Assembly (NCBI GenBank): GCA_951406725.2
Contig: OX597817.1
Coordinates: 41,788,001 to 41,852,000 of the forward strand
From: Octopus vulgaris
Lineage: Eukaryota
Length of the DNA: 64,000 nt
Reading direction: 5' to 3'
Part shown: in pieces, positions 1 to 14,371 of the stretch
Position numbering within the stretch: the first letter of the stretch is position 1
Layout: each line of letters begins with the position of its first letter
Program-made: the position numbers and the translations under genes
The notes under the pieces: model-generated
Seen by the model: the letters and a program-made list of their open reading frames with translations, nothing else
Database searches by the model: none
Told to the model about the DNA's origin: nothing

Positions 1-673
1 CAGCATTTGACAACAAGTATTGGTGTGCTTACATCCTCAAACTAGTGGTCCAGCAAAAGAAACCGATAAAATAAGTACCAGCCTTTAAAAATATAAATAA
101 AAAAAAAGGTATAAGGATCGATTCATTCAACTAAAATTTCGCGGTGATGACCCAGCATGGCTTCAGTCAAATGACCGAAACATGACAAATGATACAAATA
201 GAAAACTTATGTTGATGACAAACAGACTACCCATTCTTTAACTTGTTTCAGGTTGTACACCATACTGGGGTACCACCTTGAAAGGTTTAGTCAATCAAAT
301 CAACTTACAGTTCTTATTCTACAAGTCTCTTTTGCTGAGCTGCTAAGTTATAGGGTCATAAACAAACCAACACCAAAAGTGGGAGGGATAAACAAGAAGT
401 GGAAGGGATAAACAAGGACATATACACACAATATAAATTCACTATCACCACCATTTAATATCCTTTTCCATGCAGGCATGGGTTGTATAGTTCAACAGGA
501 GCCAGAGGATCAAACCACGCAGAAAAACATATGGGCTTCCATACAGTTTCCATCCACCAAATCAACTCACAAGAGATTGCTCAAGGTACCATACAGTGGG
601 ACTGAAATTGAAATCATTCCATTGCAAAGCATACTTTTTAACTACTGTCATGCCTACACATATATGAGGACTT

Positions 674-952
674 GAAGGCATGTAGTTTAGTGGCTAGGGT
701 ATTTGTCTCACAATCGTAAGGTCATGAGATCATTTCCTGGTAACATGTGTCCTTGAGCAAGACACTATTTCACGTTGCTCCAGTCCACTGAGCTGCCAAA
801 AATGAGTAGTACCTGTAATTCAAAGGGCCAGCCTTGTCACACTGAATCTTCCTCATAACTACATTAAGAGTACATCTGTCTGTGGTGTGCTCAGCTACTT
901 GCACGTTAATCGTATCAGCTAGGCCCCTCATCGTTGTAACCAACGGAGTGCT
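674..952 (+). mobile_element. tRNA-derived CORE-type SINE, family B
   Basis: tRNA-like head, CORE-like GTGTCCTTGAGCAAGACACT, tail GTACCTGTAATTCAAAGGGCCAGCCTTGTCAC. Other copies at 39570-39865 (+), 59418-59735 (-) and 5965-6140 (-, partial). Confidence 0.75.
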
Positions 953-1353
953 CCTTTCTATATGAAAGAACATGTTAAACCTTCTTTCCAATTTCTTAAG
1001 AAAATTTAATTTTTTTAAATTCAGTTTTGACTAAGAAAAACTATTCTCAACTAATCTACAATAATTTCATTACTGTCACATCTAATTAGTATTTTGATAG
1101 ATTTACCAAATGAACATCTTAAAGAAAATTTCATTTCAAACCATATTTGTTGCAGTTATTTCTTTAGGGAATCTTTTAGAAATGTCTACTTCCAAAAGTA
1201 GAACACAGAATTAGTAACAAACTAATCTCCGAATGTTTGGGTAAGTTTCTTTTAAACCTTAATTCCTCTTATATTCAATAGTAAATTTTTTTGAGAAGTA
1301 TCAGTGACAGATGTACCACAAAAGACTGATATCAAATAATTATATTTTTATTA

Positions 1354-1624
1354 ACATTTAGCAGAAGTGACAGCGTAACTCAAGGGCCAAGAGTTTCATG
1401 CGTTAGCACTTAAGCTTGTATTAAAATAAAATATTACACACACATTGAGTTCTATTTTCTGTTTGTATCACCAAACTTGTAATATATATTTTTACAAATA
1501 TTTAGTAAAAGCAACAGAATAATTCAAGGACTGAGAGTTTCATGTGTTGGCACTGAAGTTTGTATCAAAATATTACACACGTTTTCAGTTCCATTTTCCC
1601 CATTTGCATCACCAAACCTGTAGT
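1354..1624. repeat. Diverged tandem duplication, ~145-bp unit x2
   Basis: ATTTAG.A.AAG..ACAG..TAA.TCAAGG.C..AGAGTTTCATG.GTT.GCACT.AAG.TTGTAT...TATTACACAC...CATCACCAAAC.TGTA occurs twice in tandem. Confidence 0.75.
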
Positions 1625-3804
1625 AATAATTATAATTATAATTTCGGTATACGGTTAGCAATTTTAGGAGTGAGGATTAATAGAATTACAGCAACCCCAG
1701 GGCTCAACTGGTACTTATTTTATTAATGCCATAGAGATGAAAGTTAAGTCAACCTCAGCAAAATTTGAACTCAAAAATGTAAGAAGCATTTTGTTTATAA
1801 GCTAATGATTATAACCAGGTAATTTTTGCCATGTGTAGATAGGTACTGTAAGAAGTTAACTATTGCATTTGTACACAGTAAGAGCACTTTAAATCTGGCA
1901 AATACTTCGATGTTTTACAGAATTCATATTCTTTCATAGCAGAAGAATGAGGATTCGAATTTGTTCTCCCTATTACATGAAAATAAATTCACCAGTGATG
2001 CCACAATACAACAACTAGAATTATAATACAAAATACAAACAAAAAGAATGATTAAATATTAATTATCAATTCTGTACATGGGTGTCATAACAGATACAGA
2101 AAACTAAAAATTTAAAAAGTCAAACAATGCTATTATAATTTTTATGATAAGGCATTTGAATTTCATTAAAAAAGAATTATACTGAAAACCAAAGTGACAA
2201 GAGTCCCAGATGTATGACTATTTTACATAAATAGGTTTGTAATGTTATAATTTTGACAGTTTTGTGCAGATTTACAGATGCATTTTTATGATCTCAGCAG
2301 GATACATTAGTTTCCAAAATTCTGGAAAATGTTAACAGGTCACTATTATTTCACTGGTTTTATAAGAATGGGCAACTGTCAATTCTAACAACCCCAGTAC
2401 GTGTTTCAGTTTGGTGCTTATTATAACAGTTTCTTTGTTGAAGTTCCATATTATGAGATTAACACCATCACTGACTAATTTATAGACAGACACACACGTG
2501 TGTGTGTCTGTGTGTGTGAGAGAGATTATTTCCTTTAATGTCTACCTTTCTATGCTTGCATAGGTCAGACAAATTACTGAGGCAGATTTTCTATGGCCAG
2601 ATGCCCTTCCTGTCACCAACCCTTACCGGCTTCCCATTAAGGTACTATTTCACAATAAAAGACAAGAAATGAACAACACTGCTTGTATGAAGGTGATGCT
2701 TGTTTACAATCATCACATGATGTCAAAACAAGGGTATACACAACCACAAACTTTTTTTTCTTTTTACACATACACACACAACTTCATTCATGATGTATGG
2801 ATCAACATAAGGTCATACTAGAAAACATACAAAGTGCCACACAGGACCAAACCAAGAATGTGATTGCAAAGCAACTTTAAACTACACAGCCAGGCTTGTG
2901 CCTATTTTCTTGATTAGCTGATTTTTCCTAACAGGAGACAAACCATCCATACTGAAAGAACATCTACAACAAGGTACATTATAAGCAATCATAAAATGTT
3001 TAATAGCGATATGGGATAGAATTAAGCTGGAGTAACATTCCCAAAGTGAATTATGGATAGTAGTAATGATAATATTTCTTACAGCTACATAGAAACCTAT
3101 AAAATACGTAATCCAATATGAAATCAATTTTCAGAATAATACCATTAATAGAGAGACATTTTAGATAAATGTTTTGCATCAAATGACAAAAACATTCAAA
3201 GAAAAGTAATTTAATAATAACAAGCCATTTTAAAATTTTGTTATTCTTTTGCCCAGATAAACAATACATTTTTTTTTTTTTTTGAATGGCAAAAAGTTGT
3301 GACTGATGACTAATAACTTTTTTCAGAAGTTAATATTTGCAGATATAATTCTGAGCCACTTGTTGCTTCTTTTGGATGACAACAATAGTTTAGTGTATTT
3401 AATAACAGAAAAATTTAATAGGTGGACAATATGTAAGTTCAGTATGAAGTCAAGCTCTCTCAAATATGACAGACATGATGCTACCTTCTCTCCCACTCCT
3501 GATCCACTGTCCATGCTCTCTTATACTCACCTAGTATCTCGAGATCCTCTGGCATTTTATCACCTACATCTACCTTCTTTCCAGCTATTCCAACTCGCAA
3601 CTATATACAGTTTAAGAGCCATGTATTACCTCTACAGCATGACATCTGTGCTTATCTTATCATACTTTAGCTTCTTAACACCTGGCATAAAACTACCTTC
3701 CCCTCTCACAAATACACCCCCATTCAGTCAAGGGGCCTTTTTCCTTCTCTTGTAAGTTACTTTATAACTTTAATGCCAATGGCACAAAAAAAATTTTTTT
3801 AAAT

Positions 3805-4095
3805 GTACTTCATGACACTAAACCTTCCAGGCGAGATGACAAAGGACCAAGATGCCCGGCACCTTGCTGTATTCAAGAAGACTCATACTACGCAGCAGAA
3901 GTGTTAAGACCAGTTCCTCTGGTGATGTAAAGCACTGCATAAAAGCATCCAGCACATTCTGTAAAGTGGTCTATGTCAGGAAGGTCATCCATCCATAGGG
4001 ACCATGCCAAATCAGGCTGGAGTCTGGTGCAGCCAGCTCTGGTCAAACCGTCCAACCCATGCCAGCATGGACAAGATGTTAAATGATGATGATAC
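3805..4095 (+). mobile_element. 5'-truncated RTE LINE 3' end (ORF terminus, 3'UTR and GAT tail)
   Basis: Encodes FMTLNLPGEMTKDQDARHLAVFKKT, which resembles the RTE C-terminus at 46120-46200, followed by the module AGGAAGG.CATC...CCGTCCAACCCATGCCAGCATGGA...TTAAATGATGATGAT. Confidence 0.6.
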
Positions 4096-5742
4096 ATACT
4101 GCAAAATGGCTGACATTATGAAGGGCATCCAGCCATAGAAACCATGCCAAAGCTGACACAGAATCTGGCACAACCCTGCAGCTTACTGGATCCTATCAAA
4201 TCCCCCAACCCATACCAGCATGGAAAAGGGATGCTGAATGATGATGATAGAAAAGATTATCACCAAAACTGAATTTTAAACATTATGAAGGCAAAACCCA
4301 GTTCTCTTTCATGCAGACAGTAGTTAGTCCTAAAAGTTTACTTTAGATTGGTTAAGTGAATGACTAGTTTCAATTAAAATTCAAAATAAACTTGTATCAG
4401 GGCAAATGTCACCATGCTTACACAAACAGAAGAACAGAAGACACACCATATCAACCTATCCTTATCTAATTTCTGGGTCAACACTAATCCTTAGAATTTA
4501 GAATCCATTATTTGGTAGACCAAATGAAAACACAAGAAGGCTGTATGAGACAAGTACAGAGTCTTCCCAAAGTAAACAGTTCTTGAAACTATAACACTGT
4601 TTTCAAAGAGAAAGCTCAAATAATGGGTGTTTTGCTTTGACAGTAAAAACATTGTAGGCTAAAGATAAATCATTTGTAATCTTTCCAACACTAAACTTTT
4701 ATATCATTAGCTTGTAATCTACAAGGCAGATATGTCAGTAATATTAAAAAAACCTTGGCAGAGATGTTAGCATGCCAGGTAAAATGCTTAGCAGCATTTC
4801 ATCTGTCTGAGTTCAAATTCTGCTGAGGTCAACTTTGCCTTTCATCATCCTTGGGAAGGGGGGAATAAATTTAGTACCAGTTGCGTACTGAGGTTGATCT
4901 AATCGACTGGCCCCTTCCCCCAAAATTTCAGGCCTTGTGCCTAGAGTAGAAAATATTAAAAAACCTCTTTCAGAGGGGCTGGAGGGTTAATCTGATTCTT
5001 CCAATACATGCCTTTTATCTTATTCGTTTCAGTCATCAGATTGTAGCCATGTTGGGGCACTGCCTTGGAGAATTTGAATTGAACAAATCGATCCTAGTAC
5101 TTTTTATCTAAGCTTGGTACTTACTCTATCAATCTCTTTTGTGGAACTGTTAAGTTGCAAGGATGTAAACACACCAACATCGATAGACACACACACACAC
5201 ACACTAGTTTCTTTCAGTTTGTGTCAACCAAATCCACTCAGCCCAAGACGTCATGCAGTGGAACTGAACCTGGAACCATATGGTTGGGAAGCAAACTTAT
5301 CACATAATGATGCCTGCACCTCTAATATATATATACACACACACACGATATAATCTCAGGGACGTGTCACCTGGGTAGGCAAAGTATGCAGTGCCTACCC
5401 TGAATAAAATAGATCAATAGTAACATTTTCCTTTTATGGCAAAATATGCACCAAATTCAATAAAATTATGAAGGTTACTCTGATTACTATGCATAAAATA
5501 CAAAATATTCTTTTTGTAGATTACATAGGCATAATTCGCCCCTGCCTTTCAATCTCAGTATTAAAGCTAGACCTGTTATTGCTGTAATACACGTACTGCA
5601 TACATCCCTACATTTTCTTTAGGTACTACAAAAACAGAAGTAAATCTGCCTCCAACTCAGTCGCATGTCTTTTCTTTTGTTTTTTTTGTGTGTTTTACTA
5701 CATAATCAACTACCTACCCTGACTAATTACTGACAGCATGTG

Positions 5743-5774
<32 letters not shown>

Positions 5775-7398
5775 CTAAAACTGAATAATGCATATTGAAA
5801 TAAAAGAATGTTTTAAAGTTACTGTAATGCCCATTCAACCATGAAAATTCTCAGCTTATATACACTCAAGCTCTCAAAAATAAGCTTAAAATTTCTGAAG
5901 ATTTTTATTTTTTTATTTTTTCAGCTGTAATCATCAACACTAAATCATGGTACACATGATTATGATGGTTCCTCCATCAGTTTTGACACTGGATATTCAT
6001 TCAATTGTTCGACTGACTGAAACTAATTGGCTCATTAAATTAATGTGTGAGTGAGTATTCCTCAGATATGTATGCCTTTAACGTAATTCCCAGGACAAAT
6101 GTAACAATATATAATAAGGCTAGCCCTTTGAATTACAGATAGTTTCCAATTAGAGAGGGACACTACCCTTGGTTCTAGCCTCAACAGAATTATTTCTACC
6201 AGTTTAAATAAACATTTATCTAATTACTTTTTACCAAGTCATTTATTTGCTGGTATATGCAGCTCTACAACAGAAATTGTTCTGCTATCAAGAAAACATC
6301 TATGTACATTCTCCATAACAATTATCTAAGTATCATAAATGCAACTAAAAGGACAAGCATCAGAAAAGACAAGCAGCCTCAAAACTGCTTGTACAACCTT
6401 TGACAGCATGTAAAAACAGACGTGACATGACGTGAGTGAATATCAGTTTTAACATCCACTTTTCTAAGCTTGCATAAGTCAGATGGAATTTGAGGCAGAT
6501 TTTCGACAACCCAATGCCTTTCCTGTCACCAACCCTCATCTGTTTTCAAGCAAGGTAATATTTCTTTGTGGCTGGACATTTTTACAGTAGGTTGGAAATG
6601 AAGGGCCTGCTTGTATGATGGTAACACTCATTTACAACCTATCACGACATACACACACACAGAAGGCTTCTTTCAGTTTCCATTTACCAAATCCACTCAC
6701 TTTGGTCAGCCTGAGGATATAATAAAAAAAATACTAGCCCAAAGTACCACACAGTAGGATTAAAATTGAACCCACACAGCTGAGAAGCAAACTTCTAAAC
6801 CACAGTCATTTGTGTGCTTACGTATACATAACCCACAAGCTTGCTTCTCCTAAATCATACATCATTTCTCCAAATAGTTTATATATTTGAAAGCTATGTA
6901 AATATCAACTTAAATCATTCATACAGTTAGACAGGATCTCTGGAAAATAGTACCAGCAACAATTGAGATCTCACTAGTGTATTACAGCAAACAAAGCTGA
7001 TAACCAAACCTTACAAGTTTATTCAATAGCTTCAGCACAATGTAGGCTACACTGAGATGAAATGTATACAGCCAAGAGATTAAATGTCAGAAAGAATAAA
7101 AGACTGACCATGTAAGTAATTGACTACTAGCATGAATCATTTTATTATTTAATTTTAGAGAGAGGAGTGTGGTTAAAACGAAGTCTTGATCTTAGCTGGT
7201 TTTAAGATGACTATAGTGAGACTCGTTGAGCTTAGAAGAAAATGCAAGGCTGATCATGTAAAATTTATGATGCAGAGAAACCACGAAGACATACTACTAG
7301 CCTTGTGTGATGTCAAAATTTCATGCTAATTCATCACCAGGGATGTGTTACTAATGTCTTGACTGATGTAAATCTCCAACAGGCTGCAAGTGATATTC

Positions 7399-8005
7399 CT
7401 AACCCTTTAGCATTTAAACCAGTCATATCTGACCAAAATATTCCGTTTTATTTTCAAACAAACCAAATCTGGCCTCTCACACCTACCCAACAATGTCAGT
7501 CTAAAAATAATCAATCACATTATAGAACTCTTGAGGCTATGAGATAATGAACAATTAATTGGAAACATCATCATCATCGTTTAACGTCTGCTTTCCATGC
7601 TAGCATGGGTTGGACGATTTGACTGAGGTCTGGCGAACCAGACTCCAGTCTGATCTGGCAGAGTTTCCTAATGCCAACCACTCCAAGAGTGTAGTGGGTG
7701 CTTTTCCATGCCACTGGCACGAGGGCCAGTTAAGTGGTACTGGCAACGGCTATGCTCAAATGGTGCTTTTTATGTGCCACCTACACAGGAGCCAGTCCAG
7801 CAGCACTGGCAATGACCTCGCTCAAATGTTTTTTCACGTGCCCTCAGCACAAGTGCTGGTAAGGCGACACGGGTAATGATCACACTCGAATGGTGTTTTT
7901 AACATGCCATCGGCACAAAGGCCAGCTTCTTGCACTGGCAACGATAATGTGAATAAATAAGCATTACACTTGCTTGACAAAGTAATCTGAATGCTAAGAG
8001 TTAAA
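7399..8005. mobile_element. piggyBac-type MITE family B interrupted by an RTE-tail insertion (7567-7945)
   Basis: Ends CTAACCCTTTAGCATT ... AATGCTAAGAGTTAA. Same family as 18323-18531, 20577-20803 and 25979-26180. Confidence 0.7.
7567..7945 (-). mobile_element. RTE 3'-tail element with ~65-bp internal tandem units
   Basis: (CAT)n CGTTTAACGTCTGCTTTCCATGCTAGCATGGGTTGGACG tail followed by repeated TTTT.A.GTGCCAC.GGCAC...GCCAG...ACTGGCA units. Related copies at 8467-8765 and 56895-57312. Confidence 0.7.
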
Positions 8006-8435
8006 CTAGGATAAGGACTGAATCTGACACTATTCTATTTATGATCTAACTATTTGCCAACAGTGGTTCAATGAAAATGTTGTCAATTTATGGTACTTAA
8101 GCATTAGACTGAAAAATCTTTCACCACAATTTGTTTTCCTTATGTTGAATCAGTAATTTCATATATAAGGTAATGGTATGCGAAACTCATCAATACATTC
8201 TTATTACTAATATCTTAACCATGATGTGGAACTACTGCCTTCTTTCAATCAGGTTTAATTGACCGAAACAAATTATTTCTCTTGTCTACAAACAAAGCGA
8301 TAATTTCTAAGGCGGCAAGGAAATACTGTCAGCTGAAGCAATATAGATATCTTTACAGAATTTTATTAAATATTTTGAGACTGGTTAGGTGAAAGGTTAA
8401 AATAATCAACCCAAAGAAAATTTGCAGTGCTAGGT

Positions 8436-8466
<31 letters not shown>

Positions 8467-11400
8467 ATCGTTTAACATCCATTTTCCATGCTGGCATATG
8501 TTAGATGGTTTGACTAAGGACTGGCAGGCCAAGAGGCTGCACCAGGCTCCAATATGATCTGGCAAGGTCTCTACAGCTGGATGCCCTTCCTAACACCAAC
8601 CAATCCAAGATGATGTTTTTATGTGCAAAGTGGGCATTTTTTTTTTTTATGTGCCACTGGCACAGGGCCAATCAGACTGCACTGGCGTCAACCACACTCA
8701 AATGGGGCTTTTTACGTGCCACCGGCATGGGAGCCAGTCAGACAGCACTGGTATCGACCATGCTCATATATTTATAAAAAAGAAAAATTAAAATGTGGTC
8801 ATTTCTACAGACTGAAGTATTCCTAATATTTTTAAAACCTATAGATTAGTAAAGAGAATGACAGTCAGACAAAGGATTTTCCCCTCAAGCATAATCAGTT
8901 CTGCACTGTGTCTATAGTGAAGGTACTATAGTAACAATAGTCCAATCAACAAGCTATAAAAAGGTGTAGTGGCAGGGAGAATTCACAGCATAATGAATAA
9001 GTGTTTCAAGTTTAGCTTCAAGAGATATCAATTCTAACAAGCTAACTTGCTCCAAATTACACTACGTTTAGTTCTGTGTGTCTCAAAAGATTCTATTATC
9101 AGATTCACTATTAACATTTAACAATATAACAAACACAGTATATTTCATAATTGTAGTGATATGAAAGGAAAATTTAAAATACTTTCAGGATTGCAATTAT
9201 AAATAGACTTACTAGCAAACCGAGGAAACTATTTGAACCATTCAAAATCAAAACTTCACATGCTGATCAAAGCTTTGTAAATGAATATGGTGGATGGAAA
9301 CTAAAAGAAATCTGTTGCATGTGTGTGCACACACAAAGATGTATATTTATGCATTGGCAGCAGGAAGAGCACCCAGGCACAGAAAATCTGTCTCAATGAA
9401 AAAAGAAGACATGCACCCAACACCAGAGCTGAAGAACCTCCAAAAGGGGGAACCCTGCCACGTCAAAACTGTAGAGGAGTAGGGGCCGAAACCGGACGTG
9501 GTTCCTCCTGATGATGTCTTGGTTCCTATAAAGGAGCTGTTGTGGTAGCAGACCATGAAACACGGTTGAAAATCCTAACATGCATGCATGGAAAAGTGAA
9601 TAGTGATGGTGGAGGTGGCAACGGTGGTAGTGCTGGTGACAGCAATGATAATTATGATGATGCTGATGATGAAGAGACTGAGTGGGTGGTACACTCAATT
9701 CTCAAAGATCCTTTTCTGAAAGCCATGCAGTAAGAATCTACATAACAGCTTGACCTCCAAAAGCATATAGTTACACAACTGCTTTTCAAAAGGCTTATGA
9801 AACTTGGCCAAAGTTTACCCTAAGATTTTTTAAAGCATTTCCTCTCTAGCATCCCAGATCAGTCATCTGCAGGAAGTTAGTCAAAGCTGAGTTACCTACA
9901 ACAATTCACTGATCCACCAACTAGAGATACCAAGTAAACAAAAATATAAACAAATAAAAACTTGGGTTTCCAGACCAACAAAGAGAACAACACAAATATA
10001 AACCTACAACATTTTAATCTGAAGACATTTCTTTAGCTTGGCTTTAAGTGTCATGCCTGAAACAAAACTAAAAAGGACATGCATAATCCAAAGAACAAAT
10101 AATTTATTTTAAATTATTGCATACAACATAGATTGTGGTTCTATTCAAATTTCAGTGACACTGAAAAGACATGATTATATAAGCAAAAAAACAAACAAAA
10201 AAAAAAGACAGGCGCAGAAACAACAAAGCATTGTTGAAACAACAAAAATTAACTTTCCACTAAATGAACTGACACAACTTGTAAAAGGAAGGAAGGGAAA
10301 AAATGATCAAAGTAAAATCAATGAAGCAAATTTTTTTCTGAAGTTAGAAAACACAATTGTTAATTTTGAATGACAATTTTGAAACACACACACACATACA
10401 CAAAGAAGTTAAAAAGCAATGCTTCTTTTATACGTTCACTTTCTTTAAAGCTTTGTTATACAAGAAAAATACCAGATTTTATTTTTTTTTTTATTACACA
10501 CACACAATTCTTTCCATTTTTGAATAGTAAGTATGTGTGTGTGTGTGTGTGTGCAATTGAAATTATGACCTTGAAAAGGCCACCATCTAACAAGTTGCCT
10601 TAAAAATGTAAAGGTCACTAATTAGGATTACTATCAGATGTAGATAAAATTTTAAGTGGAATTATCAAACATTGCTACTTAACACACTCGAAATGATGCC
10701 AAAAACCACACAACCCCATAATGGAGAATTTCTGAATCACCTTCAGCAGGAAAACCAGCTGCTGCTTTTCTCACAGGTAAATGATATGTAGTTGGCAATG
10801 AAACTGAATTTTAATCCCCTCTGACCTACACACAAATCAAGATAATCCCTTTCTCTACCTCTAACAAATAAATAAAACAATGCACACACAGACACAAATA
10901 TACAATATTTATTTTGTTTTTCAGATAACAGGATTCATATTACATTTCTAAAAACCAGTTTTACTATGAATGGGTAGGAAAGATTGGCGGTTTTCACAAA
11001 CTCTTCATTAGCAATATTGAAATTGAGTTTGAAAGTAAATATTTGGAAATAAAATATCTGAAGATTGGACAATGAAAATATTGATAAGTAATATTAACAG
11101 AGCCGCCCATGTTCCATAGGGAATAAGAGGGACAAAAACTAATAATATTAGTAGGACTATACATATGGTGAAGTTTCACTTATAGAATATAATACGGTGA
11201 TAAACTTCAATTAAATGAGATTATTCAAGCAGTCAGTATGCAAAAATTACTATGAATGTTATAAAATCAGAATACAAGGAAGATAACTCCACTAACATCA
11301 ACTAATTGAAATTTCTGGAAACAGAGACAATGCAGATAAGAGATCTTGCATTTAAGAACCAAATGATGGCAGGTTTCTAGATACCCTTGGTGAAACGTTC

Positions 11401-14305
11401 AACGCATTTGATAAAACTTAATTAGTAGCCAGTATACAGTGGAGTTTATCCACAAACAATTAGTTACAGAGTTCTGTTCATTAACCAAACTGTTCAGTAC
11501 AAATGTAAATAGGAGTAATCCATTCTAAAACACACCCAATCTCCACAAAAAGGTATGAAATGACATGTTTGTCCATTGGGAGAGTTTACCTTTTCTCCAC
11601 TCCCTGTTCATCTATCTTTCAAGTTTACCACTGCTGGTGTCATTTAAAAAGCATTCACTATGCTTTGTGAAGTGGTTGGTGTTAGGAATGACATCTGGCT
11701 GTAGAAACCATATCAAAGCTGACTTTGGAGTCTGATACTACCTTGTGACTTGCTGGATCTTGTCAAACCATCCAATCTATGCCAGCATGGAAAGTGGATG
11801 TTAAATGTGTGTGTGTGTGTGTGTGTGTGTATACAAGTGCCTTCCCCTAGCTTCTATTGATCCATGGTTATGCTTTTAGTAAGATAAATAAAAAAACTTG
11901 GAGAAATATTAGTATTATTTTCTATATAAAATATGAAAATTTGCAGGCTACATGAAGTTTGTGCATAGACATTAATGAACCGTTTGTACACTGCCAATCA
12001 CTGATATGCATGCATAATCCATTCATGGTTCATTGATCAATTTTCAGCTTTTTATGGGAGTTTCATTTTCTTCAGAAAAACCATTATTCAATTTGTTCAT
12101 TTAGAGAACCATTCATATATGGGTATCCCAACTGCACACCAAAAGAATGTAGTGGCACTGATTAGTTACATCAGCAATAGTTAATAAATCAACAACAGCT
12201 AATATTGGTTAATCTAAGTTTTTTTTCACCTCACTATATTACATACACGAGGCCCTACTATATATATATATATATATATATATTTAGCATCCAAAACACT
12301 CCCTTGGGATGCTTTCCCCTCAGTTATGCTATTAGCAGAAAGAGAAAATTTCAAGTTAATAACCTGCTGCTTATGCAATTAATTATTCATCCTCCTCACC
12401 AATGTAATAAGTAGTCAATTATTGGATATTCCACAAGTGATCGATTGGTAATAGCTGTCAACAGGTGATCAGCTTTATAGACATCAGATAGAGAGGTGGG
12501 GGGAACCCAGTAGATTTCTGACATTCATGAGTTTTCCTAATAAAATATATACACCCTGAGTTGTAGGTTCAATTCATGGGAGCTTGACTATGGTAGCATT
12601 GTTATATTGGAATATTAAACCGTTTCCTATATTTGCACTGTCGGATAACCAAATTGAAAATACAAGGCAATGAGAGAGTCTTTACATCAGCAATTCTCAA
12701 TTCTTCCTGTTAATCACCTCTCCAGCTTGATATATTTTACAATTTACCCCCTTCACTCTGGTACAAAACAAGACTAGGATATATACTAATACACAAGGTC
12801 TACAATGCCCCCAAAACATTTAGTAAATAAAAAGTAATACTTTATCCACCACCACCACCACCCCCTTGTTTTTTTTGGTTATACAAGTGAAGTTTGGACA
12901 TATGGTAATAAGTTTGTTTTACAAACCAAAAGATTCTGGATTCAATCCCACCGCATGGCATATTGGACAAATGCCATTTAATACAGCCTTGGGTCAACAG
13001 GTACTTTGTAAGTAGAATTAGAAAGAAACTATGTAGAACCCAATCAGATAGATTTATCTGTATGGCCTTGTTGTACACAGTATCATGATGATTCTGCCCA
13101 AGGATTACATGTTAAGAGTACCCATGTCTGTGAAGTCTCTTATATTTTAATTCAGGAGCAGGTAACTCAGTTGACTAAATAACTGAATACTCATTGTCAA
13201 ACAATGGCTATCTACCACTATCAAAGCCGCAGTCCAATTTCAACCTATGTATTTTATAATTAATATATGTAGCAAGCACCACAATTGTCATGTTATCTAT
13301 ATACATTACACAATTTATGCATAATCACCAATATATTTACACCTTACAATGTAAATTTTTTTACTTATGTTTGAGAGTCCATAATCTGTAGCCAGACAAC
13401 CAGCTAGAAATAGCAATGAAATTGCCTTCAAATAACACCCTAACTTCTTATATAGAAAAAAAAGTGAATACATACATTGGATAATGTAGTTCTAAATGCA
13501 TTGAAAAATGACAGGAATGCCTTTGATTGAATAAATGCTCAGTCAGGGCTGACCTTGGGTTAAACAACAAAAATATCTTTACAAAAAGTTTTATTTCTAT
13601 AACACCCAAAATTGCATATTTCAGGAATTCCCTATCAGCCTCATCACATCTACATGAAACGATTTGGAACTCAACAAGTTGCAAATCCTAATCACATGGT
13701 TAACAAGTCGCTTTATTATTTTTTTCTGCTAGGAAAATTTATGATGGTAAAAAGGAAACAGGAAGAAAATATAATTCCAAAATTCAGTTGCAATATTATC
13801 AACAACCTCCAAGGAATACTTCAACCAAGCACTATATTTCTAAGCATAATTCTAAATCTACTTTGGAAAAGTTACTGATAAAGAAATTGTTTCTGCAGAT
13901 AACATCTCTCAAGTGGATATGAAATATAATTTGAAATTTCTGTGATAGTTAAGACAATCAGCAACTCCCCATTACCAATGGTTCTTCATAGTAGAGCTCT
14001 TTCCTTCCTATATAGAAATCTTCTGCTATAATTACATCGGTCCTTATATTTTGGGAGCCAACAAGCTGACTGCTAAAATTAAATTAACCAAAGAATTTAT
14101 GTTAGCTTTTCAAGCAAAAACAGGAATTTCAAACAAGAATATTGACAAATGAAGTTCATGCCAAAAACTGATTGTCCATTAAATGGGAAAGTGGCAAGAT
14201 CAAAGGATAAGAAACTTGCAATTGAACAAAATCTTTAACCACTCACATCATATGCTCAGCAGAAAACCATATCTAAATCATTATGCTTTTTCATACTAAG
14301 ATATG

Positions 14306-14371
<66 letters not shown>

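Noticed and set aside
3306-3755. 149-aa ORF
   Set aside because: Runs through pyrimidine-rich TE-associated sequence similar in character to 37740-38090 and 45540-46030; no domain signal.
8950-9040. Candidate KIF13 exon 2 after a minus-strand TTGTTAG acceptor
   Set aside because: Translates as ELISLEAKLETLIHYAVNSPCHYTFL* with no kinesin similarity and an in-frame stop.
9484-9522. GAAAC...CTGATGA as a type II hammerhead
   Set aside because: No stem I can form between the cleavage triplet and the core, and stem II is mostly wobble pairs.
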